From assembly GCF_003704095.1 (NCBI RefSeq), contig NW_020846508.1, positions 1 to 64,000 of the forward strand: DNA of 64,000 bases, read 5' to 3'. Positions 52,474 to 62,843 of this stretch are shown here, piece after piece; within the stretch, counting starts at the first letter, position 1, and each line of letters opens with the position of its first letter. Both the position numbers and the translations under genes were made by a program. Below the pieces are notes generated by a model. That model saw only the letters and a program-made list of their open reading frames with translations, was not told where the DNA came from and ran no database searches. This DNA comes from Pocillopora damicornis. Taxonomy: Eukaryota.

Positions 52474-53217
52474 TTACAGTCTCGTTAAGGACTCATTAAT
52501 ATACGTCTTATTTGAAGACACTTCACTGTATTCACTAAGTTTTCGTCTTTGAAGCAATCTTGGATTACTCGTCGTTTGAACAGCGGTCATGGCGGTGACG
52601 TCTGAATGCCTGCGAATCGCATTTTTAAAAGTATTACCCGGTAATTTTGTGCCAGCTTGGTCAACCGTCGTATCTTTAGGGTCTCCCTCTTTGTTTTCTT
52701 GCCAGGATTTCTTTTGGTGAAATATAATGTTGGGCATGGTCGGGACGTTATCCGTCTGTTGACGCGAAGATAGCACAGCTCCTGGCATAGAGGTGAAGTG
52801 GATCGAGTCTGCACTGCTATGGCGTGGAAATGGTGAGGCTGGAAGACTGTGCCTTTTGATTAGCACGGATAGAGGCTCACTGGAAGTGCTGCAGGTTTCA
52901 TCCAAAGAAACAGTTCTGTGGATTGGACGTTTGGTTTGAGTTAACTCTTCAGGGTGTGGTCGTTCTCTATCAGCAGTTTTTTGTCCATTCCCGTAAACCT
53001 GAACTGCGCTGATCTTTTGAGGCAAACTTTCTCTCCGTTTGAGTATCTGCTTCTTGAAATCTTCCTGTCTTCTAACAATTTGCTTCAAAGCCATCTTCTT
53101 CTCCTTGTCAAGCTGTTCTAACACAAGCGACAGGTCTTCATCTTGTTTGGTGTTCCTATCGATGGCTTTCCTCATATCAGCTGTAGGCATGAGGTAACGG
53201 GGCAACTGGTCTTTCAT
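52474..53217 (-). CDS. RRxS-rich coiled-coil family paralogue B (247 aa, intronless)
   Basis: Long ORF with the family N-terminal block LPRYLMPTADMRKAIDRN..QDEDL...LEQLDKEKKMALKQI.RRQEDF...RRESLP. TATAAAA on - at 53313-53307. Confidence 0.85.
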   Translation of the reverse strand: MKDQLPRYLMPTADMRKAIDRNTKQDEDLSLVLEQLDKEKKMALKQIVRRQEDFKKQILKRRESLPQKISAVQVYGNGQKTADRERPHPEELTQTKRPIHRTVSLDETCSTSSEPLSVLIKRHSLPASPFPRHSSADSIHFTSMPGAVLSSRQQTDNVPTMPNIIFHQKKSWQENKEGDPKDTTVDQAGTKLPGNTFKNAIRRHSDVTAMTAVQTTSNPRLLQRRKLSEYSEVSSNKTYINESLTRL

Positions 53218-55343
53218 GTCTGTACACAGAAATATAAGGAGTGTGTTTCAATACGATGGATGTTTAAGGTGTTAGGCAATGATACTAGAGAGCTGTCCGT
53301 GCTCGCTTTTATATCGTAACGGTGCATTCTTGTAAGCGCGTATTGTTCAGACACAAAAAAGAACAATTCTCTTCTCGAATGATGGATCTTATTTGTATTT
53401 TAGTGCCGCATCAGCGCTCGTTTGGAAGGTAGGTTGAATAGGAACACATAGTTTGATTAGTTTTTTTTTATGTTGTAATCGCTAATCCCATTAGCTCTAA
53501 CTTTGTACCACACGTTACAAGTACCGGCAAATTTAGCGTTGTTTTGAATAAACTGTACGATAATTTTTATAAACACAATGTGTACTTGCACCCGCTACTT
53601 ACCAATCTAAACCGGTAATTTGTCTTCGTAAACTGTACGGCAATTTCGTAGACATGTAATTATCTACTTTTAAAATTGCGAATTAATAGTAATTGACTTC
53701 ACACAAATGTCACTAGAACAATATGTGATCGATTGCTTTATAAATGGCGTAGGATCTAAATTTAGCTTGAAAGGATAGAAACTTATTTCCATGTCTGAAA
53801 AGAAACTGCTTACCTTGTTTTCAGGGCTTGAACATAGACTACAGGACTGGGAAGTTTCACAGCGCGTGAGGATATGAGCAGTCATGAGCAAGTGCATTTA
53901 TTTGTGGTACATGCTTAACGTTCACTTTTCGAGTTGGATCCGTGGAAAACACAATTCTTTCGCCTTACTATTTTCTCAGTGAAGGGCGGGCTCATTATGT
54001 ATTCAATGCACGTCGCAGAACGTCTAAATCTGTTCTTCGGCTGCATCTTTGTAAGAAAAGGAACGTGTGAAAAACGTGAGCTGAGAAAATCTTCAGATAG
54101 CGCAGGCGACCCGGAAGTGTGTTGTAATTAGACCGTTAGCAAGATAAACAATCCGTGACCACTTCAGTGATTGCGAGAGCTTGTAATTCAACAATTTAAT
54201 TGAACAGTGTACACGTCCTACCTGTGAAATTGGACAATACGCGTCATGTGTGTGCATTTTACCGAGTTAACTGATGTTTTTTTCAGTATAACCCATGGCT
54301 AGTTCGTTTCTTAAATTTTGTTATATTTTGATTATTTGGCAACAAGTCTTCGTGTCGTCGAATTGTATCTGTAAACACACTCGTGGTTAACTCGTGATTT
54401 TGACAAAGATGTATTGCAGCCGGAGAATAAATCACATTTCCAGTAAATAATTGAACGGTTTCTAGAGTGTAGTTTGGGTATTTTACGTGCATAACGGTTT
54501 GACAATATACAAAAATGGACAATAACATAAAAGGTACAGCACATTACAGTACACATATTGACTAAGTTTAGATGTTACAATAGAGAGTACTCAAAATGTA
54601 TTGTTTTCCTTCACAAGCGCAGTATGTAATTGAAGAGTTCAGCAGAGAAAACTATATTTTATACTGTGCTTGTCAAATAACTCAACACTAAAATTTTCAG
54701 TAAGGGCTGCATTTACTTTTCATAAAGTTTCGGCTATTGCGGTATCAGCTCAGTATGCCACAAAATTAACATTCATGCATTTCCTCCATAAAATGGTTAG
54801 AAGTCTTTGTTTCCCGGATAATTTTGTTCAGCAAGCGTAAAATTTCGGCGAATAAACTGAGTATGAATTGAAATATTAGTCAATGTTGCACCAAAATGCT
54901 TCCTCTTCACATTACATTTCGCAGGATCGTAGCTTAAATTAATGGAGGTTAGGTTGCGAAATATGAATTTTAAAACAGTTGCTTAATTTCTTGTCAAGTA
55001 AAAGTTGCCTGAACCATTTTAACATGAAAAATCCTCGTTCACCTCACTATTAGTATTTTTTAACATTACAGGTAATGACTCAGAATTCTAACAAATTTTT
55101 CCGTGTTCATGACCTTCACAAATTAGTGTGAAGACCAGCCAGGGAGGTTGCTAAGCTCTTCTGAGCTCATTTTAATCTTCCAAAACAAAGCAGCGAACAA
55201 TGGCTTATTATACTCACCAAACATTTTCTGTTTATTTAAGGAACTATTTTAAGCCTGTTTACAATGCAGACTAGTTGCATTACTTGACGAGCAGGTAGAT
55301 CAACAACAACATATCTTTCTGCGTCTCAAATTCTTTAACAACC

Positions 55344-56045
55344 ATGAAAGAAACACTTCCAAGATTTCTCCTCCCAACCGCCGATATGAAAAAAGCCATA
55401 AACAGAAACGCGAAAAACGATGAAGATCTTTCGTTTCTTCTTAAACGAATCGAGAAAGAGAAAAAAGTCGCACTCGAGCAAGTATCAAGACGACAGAAAG
55501 CTTTCAAAAGAGAAATGATTATGAGACGCGAAATTCAAAGCAATATAAACCTAAATTGTCAGTTCTTCGAACACACAGATTTGACGAATAAGAAAGACAA
55601 CGAGAAGGCGCGCCTTGATATTAACCTTTGCAACCGTCGGCGCAAACTTGGAACTGCACAGGGGCTACGAAGAGCATCTTCTTTTGAAGAAAGCCTCGCT
55701 TCTTCCAAAATTGAACTACCTCCCGTCAGGACCAAAAGATACAGCCTGCCAGCATCTCCAATACAGGCTGGATGTAAAGAAGAAGAGCTAAGAGTGAAAA
55801 GTCTGAAAATTGATAAGCCGTTTCCAACTCCCAAAGTTGTTACTGATTTCTGGACAAAATCGCGAAACTATGAGGCTACAAATCTTTTTCGACGGCACTC
55901 GACTACTACCGCAGGAACGTTTGTGCACGTGGACAACAAATCAAAACTACTTGATCGACGACACACTTCACTTCATAATTTAATGCCATTTTCAACCGAG
56001 AAACACTTCTCTGAAGAGGAAACTGTTGTACGACTACCCTTTTGA
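55344..56045 (+). CDS. RRxS-rich coiled-coil family paralogue C (233 aa, intronless)
   Basis: Starts MKETLPRFLLPTADMKKAINRNAKNDEDLSFLLKRIEKEKKVALEQVSRRQKAF; contains KRYSLPASP and RRHS, shared with B. ACCATG start context; AATAAA near 56133. Confidence 0.85.
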   Translation: MKETLPRFLLPTADMKKAINRNAKNDEDLSFLLKRIEKEKKVALEQVSRRQKAFKREMIMRREIQSNINLNCQFFEHTDLTNKKDNEKARLDINLCNRRRKLGTAQGLRRASSFEESLASSKIELPPVRTKRYSLPASPIQAGCKEEELRVKSLKIDKPFPTPKVVTDFWTKSRNYEATNLFRRHSTTTAGTFVHVDNKSKLLDRRHTSLHNLMPFSTEKHFSEEETVVRLPF

Positions 56046-57659
56046 TCAAAACATTCAGCCAGTACGCATAAATTTTTGTGGATCGGAATTGACGTTTAGA
56101 TATCTCTTTGTAATTAATCAGCTTTTGCTGATTAATAAACACGGTACTTGTCCCAGATTTCTTGATTGATTCCTCTGCTTAGAGATTTTAACCTTAACAT
56201 ACTAAATGGGTAAAAACGTGAATCGTCAGTTAGCGGATGATGTAATTTTTAGGGCAATTTGATACCTTCCCATGGTTTCTTTGTCATTATCGCTCGGTCA
56301 TTTCGCATTTCAAACATAGAGTCAGAGATTTGGCAATCGGGCATGCGCGCTAGTCTAAAGCACTCTCTAAGATACATGCGGCCAGAATCATTTGAAAATA
56401 TGTGGGTTTTTTTGCCATATAGATATTAGTCAACTTAAAAAACGAGTTTGAAACTAATATTAACGGCTTAATAGCATCACTAAAAACAACATTTATTTTG
56501 GGTTACCGATTGACAAAAAAAGACGACACCTCATTGTCCAATAACGTGCACAGTGCTCTTAAAATATGACCACTCTCTGTTGCCCTTGAGACCTCATTAT
56601 TCTCTAACAAAGAAAATTCTGCTGACTTCATGACAATACAGAGATTACGACTTAACAATGGTCATCGGTGGTTTAAACATATATATGTGCAGGATTAGTA
56701 TATTTTAAGAAATGGTATACAATTTATTAATTTCTCAAAACAAAAGATTTTGAACGCAAACGTGAATAATCCCAGCACCTTTACGTTGCACGTGCTGCAT
56801 TTTGTTTTGGGAGAGCAGTTCCAAAATACCCTCTGCTAATCCATTTCTAGTAGCTTATTTTGCAACGTTTTTTCGGTTAACTGTTCATTACGTACATGCG
56901 TACTACATCTCGCACTATTTTTAAATGCTCCTGGGAATGAAGTCAGTTGGAAATGAACAAAAAACGTTGTGCATGCTTGAATGTGACCGCTTCTTTCCTC
57001 CTTTATGATGAGTTTCCTACAGTCATTTGGTCATCAGCTAAAAGCTTGGCGTAAAAACGAGATATTTAAGAGCACATAAACCCAAAAAGAACTCATTTCT
57101 TATGGTTTAAAGTTCTATATTTTTTATTACTTTCTCAATCCTTCTTAACGATTTCATTCGCCATTTCCATCGGATGTGAAAAACTCGGCGGCGCACTTCA
57201 GTTGGAATGAAAAGATTGCAAAATCGCCCATGGAAAGAATAGCTTGTAATTCACTGATTCGGAAACAAAACAGGCCTAAACGGAGTTCCAATTTTTAACT
57301 CACTCTAATGAAGTAATTCAAGGGTAATTGTTCATGTTAAATGCAGTCATTGTATTAAAAACTTTTAGGGCTCAGATCAGCATTTTCGTATGACGACCAT
57401 TTCTGCAGTTAAACATGCAACCAAAAAATTCTCATAATGATTATTCAGGGCGGGTAATCCAGTCTTTTGGTGCACAGAAGAGGCTGTTCTGGTTGATTGA
57501 ATGTTTCATTAATCGTGCTACCCTGAACTAACACGAAAACTACATTAAAGGAATTATTTGAGTGTACCGCATCCAATGGCAAGGTGCGAAATATATTGTA
57601 CGTGATCAACATAGCGTTTTAAAGCAAACAAACGTAATACGACAAATCTTCGACTACAT

Positions 57660-58485
57660 ATGACAAACCACGGAACTGAACCTTTGGAGAAAGGGATGTC
57701 TCTGTCAAATAGAAAGGTTTTCTTACCTAACATAAAACTCAGTCAGAACATACGAAAGGCAGTGCAGAAAAATGTTGCCTGTGAGGAAGAACTGATAAAA
57801 AGGCTGTTCGATGTAGACTTAAAAAAACGTGATGCACTAAACGAAATCACTTTGAAGAAGGATGCGTTCCTGAAGGAGCAATGGCGACTACGACGGGAAA
57901 GTATGCCAGATGTTTATTCAAGACACATTCTGAACCAGCGGCTGTTATTTTTTAGTTTTAGAAAGGCGCGAGACGAACTAGAGTTCTCAAAGATTTCTCC
58001 TTCATGTAAGCTGGTGACACAGAGGCCAGAAAAATTAAACATAACAGACGCTGAGAGAGAAAAGAAACATTTGGCTGAATCTGACTCCTTACAGAGCAAC
58101 AATAAAGAAAAAGACTTTGATGGAAAAAACGCAGAAGTACACGTGGCCGCCTAGCCCTAACAAAAGCTGTAGAAAACCGATCCTCAGGAGAAGGTCTGTG
58201 GCGGATGTTGACCAAGCATTCAGCTCAGATCCCGTAGGACAACCAGTATGGCTCAGGCGTCAAACGATTCATCACATTTTCCAAACTGCAGTAACATTAC
58301 AAATGATTGGCACTAATCTAGGAGGCAGTAATTGTGACCCTCTTCTCATTCCAGCTAGTGAAGGAAGAAGCTTTGGAAACCCAACGATCTCTAGATATAG
58401 AAAAGTTCTTAACAGAAGGATATCGTTACAAGCCGAACCCTTCCATCACACAAGTTTTTCAGTCGAAAAGTCCGAAGAATCTTGA
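57660..58485 (+). CDS. RRxS-rich coiled-coil family paralogue D, split into two overlapping frames (57660-58154 and 58045-58485)
   Basis: First frame: FLPNIKLSQNIRKAVQKNVACEEELIKRLFDVDLKKRDALNEITLKKDAF...RRESMP (family block). The +1 frame carries the family-type tail motifs RRRSV, RRQTI and RRISL. Confidence 0.65.
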
Positions 58486-58851
58486 AACAAACAGAAATCG
58501 AAGAGCTTGGAGGAACGTTACACGCTTCCCTATTAAAACAAAAATCAAAGTTCCAGAAGAGTTTCATTTTAGGATCTTACCTAGTGGTAATTACGTATTC
58601 AAATTACCACTACAAATCAATTAAGTTATTCTGGAAGTACAATGCTACGCGTTCAGAGAATCAATGTCACAGTCACGAGTAATCATTGCAATTTACTGAG
58701 CGTAAAAAACTATACTTTTCTTACATAATGACGAGAAAACATTGGATTTGCTGGTTTAAAAGCGGCTTGTTAACAAGACGTAATTAAGTGGTCCAGTATT
58801 GTTTTGTCATAGCAAAATTGGCACGGAAAGACTGATCTGCACAAGGCTAGC

Positions 58852-58951
58852 NNNNNNNNNNNNNNNNNNNNNNNNNNNNNNNNNNNNNNNNNNNNNNNNN
58901 NNNNNNNNNNNNNNNNNNNNNNNNNNNNNNNNNNNNNNNNNNNNNNNNNNN
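58852..58951. other. Assembly gap (100 N)
   Basis: Run of N. Confidence 0.99.
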
Positions 58952-59846
58952 TAATTTACGTTTTCAACTCAGTTGTTAACACTAACTTACTCATTAGGTA
59001 GGAGTTCTTTACTTGATCAAACACCAAATTCTTACGACCAATTTGCAAGGAAATGTGTAGCACTTAAAGGGGAGAATTATCAATTAGATCGTGGGAGTTA
59101 CAGGGATAAAAGTTATTTATCAGGGGTTTCCACAACTTTTTCCATAAGCCTTTGGTGTTTTTGGCAGCTGTGAACAAACACGAAAGCTTAATTGCACGCT
59201 AAACAGACTGCGATCAGAGGTCTTATAAGTTTTATAAGCGGTGGTAGATCGCCGGTTAGTTAATGAAACCCCCTTTATTAATTACCTTTGACGATATAAA
59301 GTCAGTAAGACTCTTTGAGGTGAGTAATTACTTAACGATAAAGGATAATTGGATTAAATAGCAGTTAACCCTAACTAAATGTTGATGCTGATTATTTTAT
59401 TGGCTGATTTGGCTAAGTTTTGGTCGACAACTTTAATGTAATGAGTAGTCTCAAAATGAATTATTTTCAGAATGAGTCAAACATTGCCGAAAGTCAAAAG
59501 ATCTGTACACACGACGCATAAAATATTAACTTACAACAAGAAAAGACATACGAAAAATTTGACATAACAATAAACAGGATTAAACATTCAAGAGTAAAAG
59601 AATGAATCTTTTTTAAGTGTACTGTCGACTGCGCATCTTTCAAATCTATTTAAGACTAGACCATTGTTGAATTTTATCGTCCATGGCTGCTTCATTAGGT
59701 AATTCCGAAACCCTAACCCCAACGGGACCACAGGGAGTATGACAATTTCACAAAAGCAACAAATCAGCGTTCAGTTGAGGGCGATCAACCCTTGTACCTT
59801 TTGGAGCCGGTGGCAACGCTGCACTCTTCATTTGGTATGTTAAAAC

Positions 59847-60398
59847 ATGAGGCAGGAACCTTTACCAAGATACCTTTTGCCAACGCTGGTTATGAAGAAA
59901 GCTATTGAAAAGAATGCTAAAGAAGATGAAACACTCACTTTTACTTTGGAGAAGTTGGACAACGATAGACAGTTAGCGCTATGCCAGGTTTGGGGTAAAA
60001 AAGAAGCTTTTATCAGAGGAACGGCAAAAAAAAATTATCGGTCGAGGTTTAGGCGGAAAATATCTGTTGATGATCTTGGAATGATGAATGAACACATTCC
60101 AACGTGCGCTGCAAGTGGAGAAATGTGTTCGGCTTCAAGGAAAACAAAGAATATTCAAGCAGAAGTAGGTGAAACAAGTCTAGAACTTTCTGGGAAAATA
60201 TCGTTGAAGAATGGAAGGAAATCTTCTCGAGCCAGTTACATAGATAAACTACCCAGCTTAAATGATAATCACCACAGCGCTAAATGTGGCCCAGAGATTC
60301 ATAAATCAAGACGAATTTCATTCGCTGCTTTCGAAACTCCACGTGATCCGAGCATTAGAAGCCGATTCAAAAGGCGAGCAACCATGCATCAACTCTAG
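59847..60398 (+). CDS. RRxS-rich coiled-coil family paralogue E (183 aa, intronless)
   Basis: Starts MRQEPLPRYLLPTLVMKKAIEKNAKEDETLTFTLEKLDNDRQLALCQVWGKKEAF; ends RRISF...RRATMHQL. Confidence 0.85.
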   Translation: MRQEPLPRYLLPTLVMKKAIEKNAKEDETLTFTLEKLDNDRQLALCQVWGKKEAFIRGTAKKNYRSRFRRKISVDDLGMMNEHIPTCAASGEMCSASRKTKNIQAEVGETSLELSGKISLKNGRKSSRASYIDKLPSLNDNHHSAKCGPEIHKSRRISFAAFETPRDPSIRSRFKRRATMHQL

Positions 60399-61341
60399 AA
60401 GATTCAACGACGATACCGAGGCAGTCCAAGGCGATACGCGCTCGGTGGCTTCATTTTCTAACGAATACACACAAACTGGGATGTTACTAATTGACAAATG
60501 CACTCGTCAAAATAATTGTTAATCCACTTTTACGAGATTATTGATCAATGAAAATAATTTATGAAAAGAGGTTAATTACCTTGGAAAAATTTGAGCGTTC
60601 TTTTTAGCAATGTTGACTCCTGTATTAGTCTCTGGAAGAAAGTGATTAAAAAATGAGTTCAAATTTATTTTCTCATCTTAATGACAACCCTTGTCGTAGT
60701 TCACAACACGCTAGTTTTTTTCCTGTTGCCCATTGGGGTACAGTAGTAGCGACATTCTTAGAAATCAAAATTGTTCAATGTTTTACAACCGGTTGATATT
60801 GAAAATAGCATCCATTTATATCGTGAAACCGTCTCATTACAGACGTCTCAGCGTATTCCTCATAAAGCGTTGTACTTTCTTTAAATAAGAACATCATTAG
60901 TTTTGAGACATTCACCGAATCAAACAGAAATAAATTTGAGCAAGAAAAATTTTCATTTAGCAGCCCTCCCTAAAAACCAGCAATGCACAATGCACAAGCC
61001 CGAAAGTAATAATTATGATAATCGCTAAATTGCCGCTTTGAAGATCAAAGCTCTTGCGAACACAAAGGCTTAATAAGATTAAGTGGGTATTTGGATAGCT
61101 TTAAATTGAAAAGATTTGACAAAAGAATGACACCTTTGTGAATTCTTTTAGGACTTAACACGCCGCGATTATATATTCTGGAACACTTGATCGCTTAAAC
61201 AGAAAAGTTTCTTCCCTTTTACTCAGTTGTTGAGATTTTCCTTTGACTCCACGCCAAAAATTTTATTGTGCACCGAAAAAGGATCAGAGGAATCCAATTT
61301 CAAGATCGTGATGGTTTAATTATTATTAATAACATCTGAGC

Positions 61342-61870
61342 CTTGAATGATTCCCATGAGGAACATAACCTGTGTCCCTGCATATTATTTTTGAATATCG
61401 GGATCAGGGTCCAACGATAATAAGATAACAAAGGGGAAACGTGAGCATCGGAGAAGTGTATCACGCAGCACGAGCAAGGAACATCAATGTCAGCCACACC
61501 CTTAAGCTTCGCTACGTTTACTCAGGAAACCAGTCGGAACCTGAGACACAAGCCCTTCTCTCGTTTACTTTCGTGCTGACTCGACACCAAAAATTGACTA
61601 TGCATCGAAATGGTTAGAGTGAAAAGGAACCCAATTTCGAAATCGTGATTGCTATTTTTCACACCACTCCATTGAATGATTCCCATGAGGAACAATCCGT
61701 GTCTCTGCAAATAATTATCTTTGAATAAGCCTAAACATGATGTGACCTGTGTCAGAGGGGCAACAAAAGGGGAAACGTGAGCATGGCGGAAGTGTATCAC
61801 GCAGCACGAGAAGACAACATCAATTTCAGCTGCATCCTTTGGTTTAGTTACATTTGCTCAGGATACCAAC
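61342..61870. repeat. Local direct duplication of ~200 bp (61342-61535 and 61672-61870)
   Basis: Shared ttgaatgattcccatgaggaaca, aaggggaaacgtgagcat and gaagtgtatcacgcagcacgag. Confidence 0.85.
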
Positions 61871-62145
61871 TGAATATGACAAAAGAAAATACACGTACAC
61901 CATTACTCTTGACCCTATGTGAAGAAATTAGCTTAGAAATGCAACCTCATCTTTGGCACGTCAAAATATTACGACATGCATGTTGCATCATGTGTTATGT
62001 TCTGTTTTGGTGCAGTCTGTGTTCATTTTCAATAGTTTTTTCAGAGGTGGATAAATGAGCCTAAAGACATAAAACAAAAACGCAAGGCCGACCGGTCTAT
62101 GAAACGTTCCGAGAACGGTAAAAAAGCGATATGATAAACAAATAA

Positions 62146-62245
62146 NNNNNNNNNNNNNNNNNNNNNNNNNNNNNNNNNNNNNNNNNNNNNNNNNNNNNNN
62201 NNNNNNNNNNNNNNNNNNNNNNNNNNNNNNNNNNNNNNNNNNNNN
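62146..62245. other. Assembly gap (100 N) covering the start of paralogue F
   Basis: Run of N. Confidence 0.99.
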
Positions 62246-62246
62246 T

Positions 62247-62843
62247 GTAAAAAGAACAAGATTGACTCAAGACATGAAGAAAGCCATTCAAAGGAATGCT
62301 AAACTCGACGAGAACTTCTCAGTCATTGAGCGACAACTAGACAAAGAGAAACTGATGACTTTAAACCAGCTATCAGAGAGGAAAAGAGAATTCATCAGAG
62401 AAAGGGCAAAAAGACGACTAAGCTTGCCAAACATTGAGACGACAGGAACTCGTTCAGTGAGTTTTGGGCGGCAGAAAGCCCCTTCAACTGACGAGGGCAA
62501 GGACGCCCCTATTTGGCGTCAATTTTCTGACAGGCTAAATTTTCATCCAAGATCCTTGAGTCCAAGCAACAAACAGGACCCTGAACTCATCAGTGTGTCT
62601 TCCCTGGGCTCAGTTAAGAAAAAGAGCCATTCAGATAACATTTCCAATGATATTTATGATACTCCTTTCACAGATGAGAACAACGTTTGTAGACTTCCGC
62701 GTCTGACAGATGAGGGAGAAAACGAAAACGTGCGAGCTCAACTGCAAAGTTTCAAGCCTAGAAGGATCTCTATTGCAGCAACTTCGCCATCGCTTCATAT
62801 TTCAAGAAGACTTGGGCGAAGAGCAACATTACCCACTTTATAA
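62247..62843 (+). CDS. RRxS-rich coiled-coil family paralogue F (5' end lost in assembly gap)
   Basis: The frame is open from the gap edge: VKRTRLTQDMKKAIQRNAKLDENFSVIERQLDKEKLMTLNQLSERKREF...RRLSLP...RRISI...RRATLPTL. Confidence 0.82.
   Translation, partial: VKRTRLTQDMKKAIQRNAKLDENFSVIERQLDKEKLMTLNQLSERKREFIRERAKRRLSLPNIETTGTRSVSFGRQKAPSTDEGKDAPIWRQFSDRLNFHPRSLSPSNKQDPELISVSSLGSVKKKSHSDNISNDIYDTPFTDENNVCRLPRLTDEGENENVRAQLQSFKPRRISIAATSPSLHISRRLGRRATLPTL

Larger units (their letters stand above)
48325..53650. repeat. Tandem segmental duplication (~48325-50290 vs ~51455-53650) carrying paralogues A and B
   Basis: Matching non-coding anchors: ctcgaggagtttgttacacgtttt (48477/51597), tctagtcttatttacaaaaa (48975/52407), ctaatc.cattagct.ta.ctttgta (50113/53482). 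Confidence 0.85.

Noticed and set aside
59708-59722. AACCCTAACCC as a telomerase RNA template or telomeric seed
   Set aside because: Isolated 11-mer just upstream of paralogue E, with no pseudoknot or H/ACA context visible.
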